From: Octopus vulgaris | Taxonomy: Eukaryota | Assembly (NCBI GenBank): GCA_951406725.2 | Contig: OX597830.1 | Span: forward strand, 25,172,001-25,236,000 | Reading direction: 5' to 3' | DNA: 64,000 nt | Shown: one piece after another, positions 15,601 to 30,600 of the stretch | Position numbering within the stretch: position 1 is the first letter of the stretch | Layout of the letters: every line of letters begins with the position of its first letter | Made by a program: the position numbers and the translations under genes | Notes under the pieces: model-generated | Database searches by the model: none | Told to the model about the DNA's origin: nothing | What the model saw: the letters and a program-made list of their open reading frames with translations, nothing else

Positions 15601-18600
15601 CACCACAAACAACAATTCAATCATCAACAACAGAACACACTACTACCAGTGAAAAACTAATAACTGATCAAACTACCACACAATATACAACTGAGGCGTC
15701 AACTACAAAGTTGCCAGAAATTACTACAACAAAAACCACACCAGAATTCCTTACGCAAAATATAACATCCACAACAACCCAGATTACTTCGACGAGTCAA
15801 ATTCCTCCGGAAACAAAGAAATCTACTTCTCAAATTCCTAAAACAACACACATTCACACACCAACTGTTGAAAGCACAACACAATTCACAGATATTCTAA
15901 CAACAGAGACTACACCACCTCTCACCTCAACTACAGAACAACCATCTCTGTCTACTCCAGCCAAAGATGTACCAACAACGATCGTTGCTACAACAGTGCA
16001 TACAGCACCACAAACAACAATTTCTTCAGCAACAACAGAACACACTACTACCAGTGAAAAACTAATCACTGATCAAACTACCACACAATATACAATTGAG
16101 GCGTCAACTACAAAGTTGCCAGAAATTACTACAACAGAAACCACACCAGAATTCCTTACGCAAAATATAACATCCACAACAACCCAGATTACTTCGACGA
16201 GTCAAATTCCTCCGGAAACAAGGGTATCTACTGCTCAAATTCCTCAAACAACACACATTCACACACCAACTGTTGAAAGCACAACACAATTCACAGATAT
16301 TCTAACAACAGAGACTACACCACCTCTCACCTCAGCTACAGAACAACCATCTCTGTCTACTCCAGCCAAAGATGTACCAACAACGATCGTTGCTACAACA
16401 GTGCATACAGCACCACAAACAACAATTTCTTCAGCAACAACAGAACACACTACTACCAGTGAAAAACTAATAACTGATCAAACTACCACACAATATACAA
16501 CTGAGGCGTCAACTACAAAGTTGCCAGAAATTACTACAACAGAAACCACACCAGAATTCCTTACGCAAAATATAACATCCACAACAACCCAGATTACTTC
16601 AACGAGTCAAATTCCTCCGGAAACAAAGAAATCTACTCCTCAAATTCCTCAAACAACACACATTCACACACCAACTGTTGAAAGCACAACAGAATTCACA
16701 CATATTCTAACAACAGAGACTACACCACCTCTCATCTCAGCTACAGAACAACTATCTCTGTCTACTCGAGTCACAGATGTCCCAACAACGCTCGTTGCTA
16801 CAAAGCTGCATACAGCACCACAAACAACAATACAATCAGCAACAACAGAACACACTACTACCAGTGAAAAACTAATAACTGATCAAACTACCACTCAATA
16901 TACAATTGAGGCGTCAACTACAAAGTTGCCAGAAATTACAACAACAGAAACCACACCTGAATTCCTTACGCAAAATATAACATCCACAACAACCCAGATT
17001 ACTTCGACGAGTCAAATTCCTCCGGAAACAAAGAAATCTACTGCTCAAATTCCTCAAACAACAAACATTCACACACCAACTGTTGAAAGCACAACACAAT
17101 TCACAGATATTCTAACAACAGAGACTACACCACCTCTCACCTCAGCTACAGAACAACCATCTCTGTCTACTCGAGCCGAAGATGTACCAACAACGCTCGT
17201 TGCTACAACCCTGCATACAGCACCACAAACAACAATTCCTTCAGCAACAACAGAACACACTACTACAAGTGAAAAACTAATAACTGATCAAACTACCACA
17301 CAATATACAACTGAGGCGTCAACTACAAAGTTGCCAGGAATTACTACAACAAAAACCACACCAGAATTCCTTACGCAAAATATAACATCCACAACAACCC
17401 AGATTACTTCGACGAGTCAAATTCCTCCGGAAACAAGGGTATCTACTTCTCAAATTCCTAAAACAACACACATTCACAAACCAACTGTTGAAAGCACAAC
17501 ACAATTCACAGATATTCAAACAACAGAGATTACACCACCTCTCACCTCAACTACAGAACAACCATCTCTGTCTACTCCAGCCAAAGATGTACCAACAACG
17601 ATCGTTGCTACAACAGTGCATACAGCACCACAAACAACAATTTCTTCAGCAACAACAGAACACACTACTACCAGTGAAAAACTAATCACTGATCAAACTA
17701 CCACACAATATACAATTGAGGCGTCAACTACAAAGTTGCCAGAAATTACTACAACAGAAACCACACCAGAATTCCTTACGCAAAATATAACATCCACAAC
17801 AACCCAGATTACTTCGACGAGTCAAATTCCTCCGGAAACAAAGAAATCTACTGCTCAAATTCCTCAAACAACAAACATTCACACACCAACTGTTGAAAGC
17901 ACAACACAATTCACAGATATTCTAACAACAGAGACTACACCACCTCTCACCTCAGCTACAGAACAACCATCTCTGTCTACTCGAGCCGAAGATGTACCAA
18001 CAACGCTCGTTGCTACAACCCTGCATACAGCACCACAAACAACAATTCCTTCAGCAACAACAGAACACACTACTACCAGTGAAAAACTAATAACTGATCA
18101 AACTACCACACAATATACAACTGAGGCGTCAACTACAAAGTTGCCAGAATTACTACAACAAAAACCACACCAGAATTCCTTACGCAAAATATAACATCCA
18201 CAACAACCCAGATTACTTCAACGAGTCAAATTCCTCCGGAAACAAAGAAATCTACTCCTCAAATTCCTCAAACAACACACATTCACACACCAACTGTTGA
18301 AAGCACAACAGAATTCACACATATTCTAACAACAGAGACTACACCACCTCTCATCTCAGCTACAGAACAACTATCTCTGTCTACTCGAGTCACAGATGTC
18401 CCAACAACGCTCGTTGCTACAAAGCTGCATACAGCACCACAAACAACAATTCAATCAGCAACAACAGAACACACTACTACCAGTGAAAAACTAATAACTG
18501 ATCAAACTACAACTCAATATACAATTGAGGCGTCAACTACAAAGTTGCCAGAAATTACAACAACAGAAACCACACCTGAATTCCTTACGCAAAATATAAC

Positions 18601-21600
18601 ATCCACAACAACCCAGATTACTTCGACGAGTCAAATTCCTCCGGAAACAAAGAAATCTACTGCTCAAATTCCTCAAACAACAAACATTCACACACCAACT
18701 GTTGAAAGCACAACACAATTCACAGATATTCTAACAACAGAGACTACACCACCTCTCACCTCAGGTACAGAACAACCATCTCTGTCTACTCGAGCCGAAG
18801 ATGTACCAACAACGCTCGTTGCTGCAACCCTGCATACAGCACCACAAACAACAATTCCTTCAGCAACAACAGAACACACTACTACAAGTGAAAAACTAAT
18901 AACTGATCAAACTACCACACAATATACAACTGAGGCGTCAACTACAAAGTTGCCAGGAATTACTACAACAAAAACCACACCAGAATTCCTTACGCAAAAT
19001 ATAACATCCACAACAACCCAGATTACTTCGACGAGTCAAATTCCTCCGGAAACAAGGGAATCTACTTCTCAAATTCCTCAAACAACACACATTCACAAAT
19101 CAACTGTTGAAAGCACAACACAATTCACAGATATTCAAACAACAAAGACTACACCACCTCTCACCTCAACTACAGAACAACCATCTCTGTCTACTCCAGC
19201 CAAAGATGTACCAACAACGATCGTTGCTACAACAGTGCATACAGCACCACAAACAACAATTCAATCAGCAACAACAGAACATACTACTACCAGTGAAAAG
19301 CTAATAACTGATCAAACTACCACTCAATATACAACTGAGGCGTCAACAACGAAGATGCCACAAAATACTACAACAGAAACCACACCAGAATTCCTTATGC
19401 AAAATATAACATCCAAAAAACCCAGATTACTTCGACGAGTCAAATTCCTCCGGAAAAAAGGAGTCTACTTCTCAAATTCCTCAAACAACACACATTCACA
19501 CACCAACTGTTGAAAGCACAACACAATTCACAGATATTCTAACAACAGAGACTACACCACCTCTCACCTCAACTACAGAACAATCATCTGTATCTACTCG
19601 AGCCAAAGATGTACCAACAACGCTTACAACGCTGCATACAGCACCACAAACAACAATTCCTTCAGCAACAACAGAACACACTACTACCAGTGAAAAACTA
19701 ATAACTGATCAAACTACCACTCAATATACAACTGAGGCGTCAACTACAAAGTTGCCAGAAATTACTACAACAGAAACCACACCAGAATTCCTTACACAAA
19801 ATATAACATCCACAACAACCCAGATTACTTCAACGAGTCAAATTCCTCCGGAAACAAAGAAATCTACTGCTCAAATTACTCAAACAACACACATTCACAC
19901 ACCAACTGTTGAAACCACAACAGAATTCACAGATATTCTAACAACAGAGACTACACCACCTCTCACCTCAAAAACAGAACAAACATCTCTGTCTAATCGA
20001 GCCAAAGATGTACCAACAACGCTCGCTACAAAACTGCATACAGCAGAACAAACAACAATTCCTTTGGCAACAACAGAACACACTACTACCAGTGAAAAAC
20101 TAATAACTGATCAAACTACCACTCAATATACAACTGAGGCGTCAACTACAAAGTTGCCAGAAATTACTACAACAGAAACCACACCAGAATTCCTGACGCA
20201 AAATATAACATCCACAACAAGCCAGATTACTTCGACGAGTCAAATTCCTCCGGAAACAAAGAAATCAACTGCTCAAATTCCTCAAACAACACACATTCAC
20301 ACACCAACTGTTGAAACCACAACACAATTAACAGATATTCTAACAACAGAGACTACACCACCTCACACATCAGCTACAGAACAACCATCTCTGTCTACTC
20401 GAGTGAAAGATGTCCCAACAACGCTCGTTGCTACAAAACTGCATACAGCACCACAAACAACAATTCCTTCAGCAACGACAGAACACACTACTACCAGTGA
20501 AAAACTAATAACTGATCAAACTACCACTCAATATACAACTGAGGCATCAACTACAAAGTTGCCAGAAATTACTACAACAGAAACCACACCAGAATTCCTT
20601 ACGCAAAATATAACATCCACAACAACCCAGATTACTTCGACGAGTCAAATTCCTCCGGAAACAAAGAAATCTACTGCTCAAATTCCTCAAACAACACACA
20701 TTCACACACCAACTGTTGAAACCACAAAACAATTCACAGATATTCTAACAACAGAGACTACACCACCTCTCACATCAGCTACAGAACAACCATCTCTGTC
20801 TACTCGAGTCAAAGATGTCCCAACAACGCTCGTTGCTACAAAACTGCATACAGCACCACAAACAACAATTCCTTCAGCAACAACAGAACACACTACTACC
20901 AGTGAAAAACTAATAACTGATCAAACTACCACTCAATATACAACTGAGGCGTCAACTACAAATTTGCCAGAAATTACTACAACAGAAACCACACCAGAAT
21001 TCCTTACGCAACATATAACATCCACAACAACCCTGATTACTTCGACGAGTCAAATTCCTCGGGAAACAAAGAAATCTACTTCTCAAATTCCTCAAACAAC
21101 ACACATTCACAAATCAACTGTTGAAAGCACAACACAATTCACAGATATTCAAACAACAGAGACTACACCACCTCTCATCTCAACTACAGAACAACCATCT
21201 CTGTCTACTCCAGCCAAAGATGTGCCAACAACGATCGTTGCTACAACACTGCATACAGCACCACAAACAACAATTCCTTCAGCAACAACAGAAAGCACTA
21301 CTTCCAGTGAAAAACTAATAATTGATCAAACTACCACACAATATGCAATTCAGGCGTCAACTACAAAGTTGCCAGAAATTACAACAACAGAAACCACACC
21401 AGAATTCCTTACGCACAATATAACATCCACAACAACCCAGATTACTTCGACAAGTCAAATTCCTCGGGAAACAAAGAAATCTACTTCTCAAATTCCTAAA
21501 GCAACACACATTCACACACCAACTGTTGAAAGCACAACGCAATTCACAGATATTCTAACAACAGAGACTACACCACTTCTCACCTCAACTACAGAACAAC

Positions 21601-24600
21601 TATCTCGGTCTACTCGAGCCAAAGATGTAGCAACAACGGTCATTGCTACAACATTGCATACAGCACCACAAACAACAATTCCTTCAGCAACAACAGAACA
21701 AACTACTACCAGTGAAAAACTAATAACTGATCAAACTACCACACAATATACAATTGAGGCGTCAACTACAAAGTTGCCAGAAATTACTACAACAGAAACC
21801 ACACCAGAATTCCTTACGCAAAATATAACATCCACAACAAGCCAGATTACTTCGACGAGTCAAATTCCTCCGGAAACAAAGGAATCAACTGCTCAAATTC
21901 CTCAAACAACACACATTCACACACCAACTGTTGAAACCACAACACAATTCACAGATATTCTAACAACAGAGACTACACCACCTCTCACATCAGCTACAGA
22001 ACAACCATCTCTGTCTACTCGAGTCAAAGATGTCCCAACAACGCTCGTTGCTACAAAACTGCATACAGCACCACAAACAACAATTCCTTCAGCAACAACA
22101 GAACACACTACTACCAGTGAAAAACTAATAACTGATCAAACTACCACTCAATATACAACTGAGGCGTCAACTACAAAGTTGCCAGAAATTACAACAGAAA
22201 CCACACCAGAATTCCTTACGCACAATATAACATCCACAACAACCCAGATTACTTCGACAAGTCAAATTCCTCGGGAAACAGAGAAATCTACTTCTCAAAT
22301 TCCTAAAGCAACACACATTCACACACCAACTGTTGAAAGCACAACACAATTCACAGATATTCTAACAACAGAGACTACACCACTTCTCACCTCAACTACA
22401 GAACAACTATCTCGGTCTACTCGAGCCAAAGATGTACCAACAACGGTCATTGCTACAACATTGCATACAGCACCACAAACAACAATTCCTTCAGCAACAA
22501 CAGAACAAACTACTACCAGTGAAAAACTAATAACTGATCAAACTACCACACAATATACAACTGAGGCGTCAACTACAAAGTTGCCAGAAATTACTACAAC
22601 AGAAACCACACCAGAATTCCTTACGCAAAATATAACATCCACAACAAGCCAGATTACTTCGACGAGTCAAATTCCTCCGGAAACAAAGGAATCAACTGCT
22701 CAAATTCCTCAAACAACACACATTCACACACCAACTGTTGAAAGCACAACACAATTCACAGATATTCAAACAACAAAGACTACACCACCTCTCACCTCAA
22801 CTACAGAACAACCATCTCTGTCTACTCCAGCCAAAGATGTACCAACAACGATCGTTGCTACAACAGTGCATACAGCACCACAAACAACAATTCCTTCAGC
22901 AACAACAGAACACACTACTACCAGTGAAAAACTAATCACTGATCAAACTACCACACAATATACAATTGAGGCGTCAACTACAAAGTTGCCAGAAATTACT
23001 ACAACAGAAACCACACCAGAATTCCTTACGCAAAATATAACATCCACAACAACCCAGATTACTTCGACGAGTCAAATTCCTCCGGAAACAAAGAAATCTA
23101 CTCCTCAAATTCCTCAAACAACACACATTCACACACCAACTGTTGAAAGCACAACACAATTCACACATATTCTAACAACAGAGACTACACCACCTCTCAT
23201 CTCAGCTACAGAACAACTATCTCTGTCTACTCGAGTCACAGATGTCCCAACAACGCTCGTTGCTACAAAGCTGCATACAGCACCACAAACAACAATTCAA
23301 TCAGCAACAACAGAACATACTACTACCAGTGAAAAGCTAATAACTGATCAAACTACCACTCAATATACAACTGAGGCGTCAACAACAAAGATGCCACAAA
23401 ATACTACAACAGAAACCACACCAGAATTCCTTATGCAAAATATAACATCCAAAAAAACCCAGATTACTTCGACGAGTCAAATTTCTCCGGAAAAAAAGGG
23501 GTCTACTCCTCAAATTCCTCAAACAACACACATTCACACACCAACTGTTGAAAGCACAACACAATTCACAGATATTCTAACAACAGAGACTACACCACCT
23601 CTCACCTCAACTACAGAACAATCATCTCTATCTACTCGAGCCAAAGATGTACCAACAACGCTTACAACGCTGCATACAGCACCACAAACAACAATTCCTT
23701 CAGCAACAACAGAAAGCACTACTACCAGTGAAAAACAAATAACTGATCAAACTACCACACAATATACAACTAAGGCTTCAACGGAAAAGACTCAGGAAAT
23801 TACTACACGAGCAACTACAACAGCATTGTTTACAACACCTCTGACAGACTCAACAACACAGATTACTTCTACAAGTCAAATTCAGATAGAAACTGAGGCA
23901 TCTACTTCCCAACTTTCTCAAACAACACAGATTCCCACATCTACTGTTGAAAGCACAACAAAACTCACTACAACTACGGAACAATCAACTCTCTTTACTC
24001 AAGCCAAAGATGGAGAAACATCTATTCCAATCACACCTGCTGCTAGCAAAATTCTAACACTATCTCAAACGACAATTCCCTCATCACCAACAGTACACAT
24101 GTCTACCACTGAAAAACCACTAACTGATCCAACTAGCACTCAATATATATCTGAGGTGTCAACTGAAAAGACTCTTGAAATTGCTACACCAGCCAGCACA
24201 CCAGAATTGTTTACAGAACCTATCACAGACACAACGATACAAATTACTTCAAAGAGTCAAATTCCAACAGAAACTGATAAATCTACTTCTCAACTTCCCC
24301 AAACAACACACATTGATACATCCACTCCAGAAAGCACAACTTTATATGGTGATATCCTTACTCAGCCTTCGACTCAGGGAGGAGTTACACCTGAAGAAAG
24401 AACTTCTGCATCAACAAGTGCATCTAGTTTACCTGAACACATTTTCACTTTGAACACAACACGCCTTTCATCTACTACAAATTTAGCATCATTATTGCAT
24501 TCAACGCTTAGTGAAGGTATTTCTATTTTTAATGGCAGTAGCTTTGTGCATCCAACTTTCTTATCTACAAAGACAAAATTTCCTGATTCAGTGTCTACTA

Positions 24601-27600
24601 CAACCTCTTCTCCATTTGTCTCTTCTTTACAGACGTCTTCTATTTCTATTGCTACAACAGTGCATACAGCACTACAAACAACAATTCCTTCAGCAACAAC
24701 AGAACACACTACTACCAGTGAAAAACTAATAACTGATCAAACTACCACTCAATATACAACTGAGGCGTCAACTACAAAGAAACCAGAAATTACTACAACA
24801 GAAACCACACCAGAATTCCTTACGCAAAATATAACATCCACAACGACCCAGATTACTTCGACGGGTCAAATTCCTCTGGAAACAAAGATATCTACTTCTC
24901 AAATTCCTAAAACAACACACATTCACACACCAACTATTGAAAGCACAACAGAATTCACAGATATTCTAACAACGGAGACTACACCACCTCTCACCTCAGC
25001 TACAGAACAACCATCTCTGTCTACTCGAGTCACAGATGTCCCAACAACGCTCGTTGCTACAAAACTGCATACAGCACCACAAACAACAATTCAATCAGCA
25101 ACAACAGAACAAACTACAACCAGTGAAAAACTAATAACTGATCAAACTACCACTCAATATACAACTGAGGCGTCAACTACAAAGGTGCCAGAAATTACTA
25201 CAACAGAAACCACACCAGAATTCCTTATGCAAAATATAACATCCACAACAACCCAGATTACTTCGACGAGTCAAATTCCTCCGGAAAAAAAGGAGTCTAC
25301 TTCTCAAATTCCTCAAACAACACACATTCACACACCAACTGTTGAAAGCACAACACAATTCACAGATATTCTAACAACAGAGACTACACCACCTCTCACC
25401 TCAACTACAGAACAATCATTTGTATCTACTCGAGCCAAAGATGTACCAACAACGCTTACAACGCTGCATACAGCACCACAAACAACAATTCCTTCAGCAA
25501 CAACAGAAAGCACTACTACCAGTGAAAAACAAATAACTGATCAAACTACCACACAATATACAACTAAGGCTTCAACGGAAAAGACTCAGGAAATTACTAC
25601 ACGAGCAACTACAACAGCATTGTTTACAACACCTCTGACAGACTCAACAACACAGATTACTTCTACAAGTCAAATTCAGATAGAAACTGAGGCATCTACT
25701 TCCCAACTTTCTCAAACAACACAGATTCCCACATCTACTGTTGAAAGCACAACAAAACTCACTACAACTACGGAACAATCAACTCTCTTTACTCAAGCCA
25801 AAGATGGAGAAACATCTATTCCAATCACACCTGCTGCTAGCAAAATTCTAACACTATCTCAAACGACAATTCCCTCATCACCAACAGTACACATGTCTAC
25901 CACTGAAAAACCACTAACTGATCCAACTAGCACTCAATATATATCTGAGGTGTCAACTGAAAAGACTCTTGAAATTGCTACACCAGCCAGCACACCAGAA
26001 TTGTTTACAGAACCTATCACAGACACAACGATACAGATTACTTCAAAGAGTCAAATTCCAACAGAAACTGATAAATCTACTTCTCAACTTCCCCAAACAA
26101 CACACATTGATACATCCACTCCAGAAAGCACAACTTTATATGGTGATATCCTTACTCAGCCTTTGACTCAGGGAGGAGTTACACCTGAAGAAAGAACTTC
26201 TGCATCAACAAGTGCATCAAGTTTACCTGAACACATTTTCACTTTGAACACAACACGCCTTTCATCTACTACAAATTTAGCATCATTATTGCATTCAACG
26301 CTTAGTGAAGGTATTTCTATTTTTAATGGCAGTAGCTTTGTGCATCCAACTTTCTTATCTACAAAGACAAAATTTCCTGATTCAGTGTCTACTACAACCT
26401 CTTCTCCATTTGTCTCTTCTTTACAGACGTCTTCTATTTCTATTGCTACAACAGTGCATACAGCACTACAAACAACAATTCCTTCAGCAACAACAGAACA
26501 AACTACTACCAGTGAAAAGCTAATAACTGATCAAATTACCACTCAATATACAACTGAGGCGTCAACTACAAAGTTGCCAGAAATTACTACAACAGAAACC
26601 ACACCAGAATTCCTTACGCAAAATATAACATCCACAACAACCCAGATTACTTCGACGAGTCAAATTCCTCCGGAAACAAAGGAATCTACTTCTCAAATTC
26701 CTCAAACAACACACATTCACACACCAACTGTTGAAAGCACAACACAATTCACAGATATTCTAACAACAGAGACTACACCACCTCTCACCTCAGCTACAGA
26801 ACAACCATCTCTTTCTGCTCGAGCCAAAGATGTACCAACAACGGTCGTTGCTACAACAGTGCATACAGCACCACAAACAACAATTCCTTCAGCAACAACA
26901 GAACAAACTACTACCAGTGAAAAACTAATAACTGATCAAACTACCACTCAATATACAAATGAGGCGTCAACTACAAAGTTGCCAGAAATTACTACAACAG
27001 AAACCACACCAGAATTCCTTACACAAAATATAACATCCACAACAACCCAGATTACTTCGACGAGTCAAATTCCTCCGGAAACAAAGAAATCAACTGCTCA
27101 AATTCCTCAAACAACACAACATTCACACACCAACTGTTGAAAGCACAACACAATTCACAGATATTCTAACAACAGAGACTACACCACCTCTCACCTCAGC
27201 TACAGAACAACCATCTCTGTCTACTCGAGTCAAAGATGTACCAACAACGCTCGTTGCTACAAAACTGCATACAGCACCACAAACAACAATTCCTTCAGCA
27301 ACAACAGAACACACTACTACCAGTGAAAAACTAATAACTGATCAAACTACCACACAATATACAACTGAGGCGTCAACTACAAAGTTGCCAGAAATTACTA
27401 CAACAAAACCACACCAGAATTCCTTACGCAAAATATAACATCCACAACAACCCAGATTACTTCGACGAGTCAAATTCCTCCGGAAACAAAGAAATCTACT
27501 GCTCAAATTCCTAAAACAACAAACATTCACACACCAACTGTTGAAAGCACAACACAATTCACAGATATTCTAACAACAGAGACTACACCACCTCTCACCT

Positions 27601-30600
27601 CAGCTACAGAACAACCATCTCTGTCTACTCGAGCCGAAGATGTACCAACAACGCTCGTTGCTACAACCCTGCATACAGCACCACAAACAACAATTCCTTC
27701 AGCAACAACAGAACACACTACTACAAGTGAAAAACTAATAACTGATCAAACTACCACACAATATACAACTGAGGCGTCAACTACAAAGTTGCCAGAAATT
27801 ACTACAACAGAAACCACACCAGAATTCCTTACGCAAAATATAACATCCACAACAACCCAGATTACTTCGACGAGTCAAATTCCTCCGGAAACAAAGAAAT
27901 CTACTCCTCAAATTCCTCAAACAACACACATTCACACACCAACTGTTGAAACACAACACAATTCACACATATTCTAACAACAGAGACTACACCACCTCTC
28001 ATCTCAGCTACAGAACAACTATCTCTGTCTACTCGAGTCACAGATGTCCCAACAACGCTCGTTGCTACAAAACTGCATACAGCACCACAAACAACAATTC
28101 AATCAGCAACAACAGAACATACTACTACCAGTGAAAAGCTAATAACTGATCAAACTACCACTCAATATACAACTGAGGCGTCAACAACAAAGATGCCACA
28201 AAATACTACAAAAGAAACCACACCAGAATTCCTTATGCAAAATATAACATCCAAAAAAACCCAGATTACTTCGACGAGTCAAATTCCTCCGGAAAAAAAG
28301 GAGTCTACTTCTCAAATTCCTCAAACAACACACATTCACACACCAACTGTTGAAAGCACAACACAATTCACACATATTCTAACAACAGAGACTACACCAC
28401 CTCTCACCTCAACTACAGAACAATCATCTGTATCTACTCGAGCCAAAGATGTACCAACAACGCTTACAACGCTGCATACAGCACCACAAACAACAATTCC
28501 TTCAGCAACAACAGAACACACTACTACAAGTGAAAAACTAATAACTGATCAAACTACCACACAATATACAACTGAGGCGTTAACTACAAAGTTGCCAGGA
28601 ATTACTACAACAAAAACCACACCAGAATTCCTTACGCAAAATATAACATCCACAACAACCCAGATTACTTCGACGAGTCAAATTCCTCCGGAAACAAAGA
28701 AATCTACTCCTCAAATTCCTCAAACAACACACATTCACACACCAACTGTTGAAAGCACAACACAATTCACACATATTCTAACAACAGAGACTACACCACC
28801 TCTCACCTCAGCTACAGAACAACCATCTCTGTCTACTCGAGCCGAAGATGTACCAACAACGCTCGTTGCTACAACCCTGCATACAGCACCACAAACAACA
28901 ATTCCTTCAGCAACAACAGAACACACTACTACAAGTGAAAAACTAATAACTGATCAAACTACCACACAATATACAACTGAGGCGTCAACTACAAAGTTGC
29001 CAGGAATTACTACAACAAAAACCACACCAGAATTCCTTACGCAAAATATAACATCCACAACAACCCAGATTACTTCGACGAGTCAAATTCCTCCGGAAAC
29101 AAGCGAATCTACTTCTCAAATTCCTAAAACAACTCACATTCACAAACCAACTGTTGAAAGCACAACACAATTCACAGATATTCAAACAACAGAGACTACA
29201 CCACCTCTCACCTCAACTACAGAACAACCATCTCTGTCTACTCCAGCCAAAGATGTACCAACAACGATCGTTGCTACAACAGTGCATACAGCACCACAAA
29301 CAACAATTCCTTCAGCAACAACAGAACACACTACTACCAGTGAAAAACTAATCACTGATCAAACTACCACACAATATACAATTGAGGCGTCAACTACAAA
29401 GTTGCCAGAAATTACTACAACAGAAACCACACCAGAATTCCTTACGCAAAATATAACATCCACAACAACCCAGATTACTTCGACGAGTCAAATTCCTCCG
29501 GAAACAAAGAAATCTACTCTCAAATTCCTCAAACAACACACATTCACACACCAACTGTTGAAAGCACAACACAATTCACACATATTCTAACAACAGAGAC
29601 TACACCACCTCTCATCTCAGCTACAGAACAACTATCTCTGTCTACTCGAGTCACAGATGTCCCAACAACGCTCGTTGCTACAAAACTGCATACAGCACCA
29701 CAAACAACAATTCAATCAGCAACAACAGAACACACTACTACCAGTGAAAAGCTAATAACTGATCAAACTACCACTCAATATACAACTGAGGCGTCAACAA
29801 CAAAGATGCCACAAAATACTACAACAGAAACCACACCAGAATTCCTTACGCAAAATATAACATCCACAACAACCCAGATTACTTCGACGAGTCAAATTCC
29901 TCCGGAAAAAAAGGAGTCTACTTCTCAAATTCCTCAAACAACACACATTCACACACCAACTGTTGAAAGCACAACACAATTCACACATATTCTAACAACA
30001 GAGACTACACCACCTCTCACCTCAACTACAGAACAATCATCTGTATCTACTCGAGCCAAAGATGTACCAACAACGCTTACAACGCTGCATACAGCACCAC
30101 AAACAACAATTCCTTCAGCAACAACAGAAAGCACTACTACCAGTGAAAAACAAATAACTGATCAAACTACCACACAATATACAACTAAGGCTTCAACGGA
30201 AAAGACTCAGGAAATTACTACACGAGCAACTACAACAGCATTGTTTACAACACCTCTGACTGACTCAACAACACAGATTACTTCTACAAGTCAAATTCAG
30301 ATAGAAACTGAGGCATCTACTTCCCAACTTTCTCAAACAACACAGATTCCCACATCTACTGTTGAAAGCACAACAAAACTCACTACAACTACGGAACAAT
30401 CAACTCTCTTTACTCAAGCCAAAGATGGAGAAACATCTATTCCAATCACACCTGCTGCTAGCAAAATTCTAACACTATCTCAAACGACAATTCCCTCATC
30501 ACCAACAGTACACATGTCTACCACTGAAAAACCACTAACTGATCCAACTAGCACTCAATATATATCTGAGGTGTCAACTGAAAAGACTCTTGAAATTGCT

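Larger units (their letters stand above)
8900..30185 (+). repeat. Coding tandem array B: 405-bp (135-aa) unit, roughly 48 copies, interrupted twice by cassette C
   Basis: The KLPEITTTETTPEFLTQNITS motif recurs at 9219, 9624, 10029, 10434, 10839 etc. (405-bp spacing), with occasional 3- or 6-bp in-frame deletions. Confidence 0.95.

Noticed and set aside
1-30185. Regularly spaced repeats as a CRISPR array or non-coding satellite
   Set aside because: No unique spacers, unit lengths are multiples of 3, the frame is open with in-frame indels, and the context is eukaryotic.
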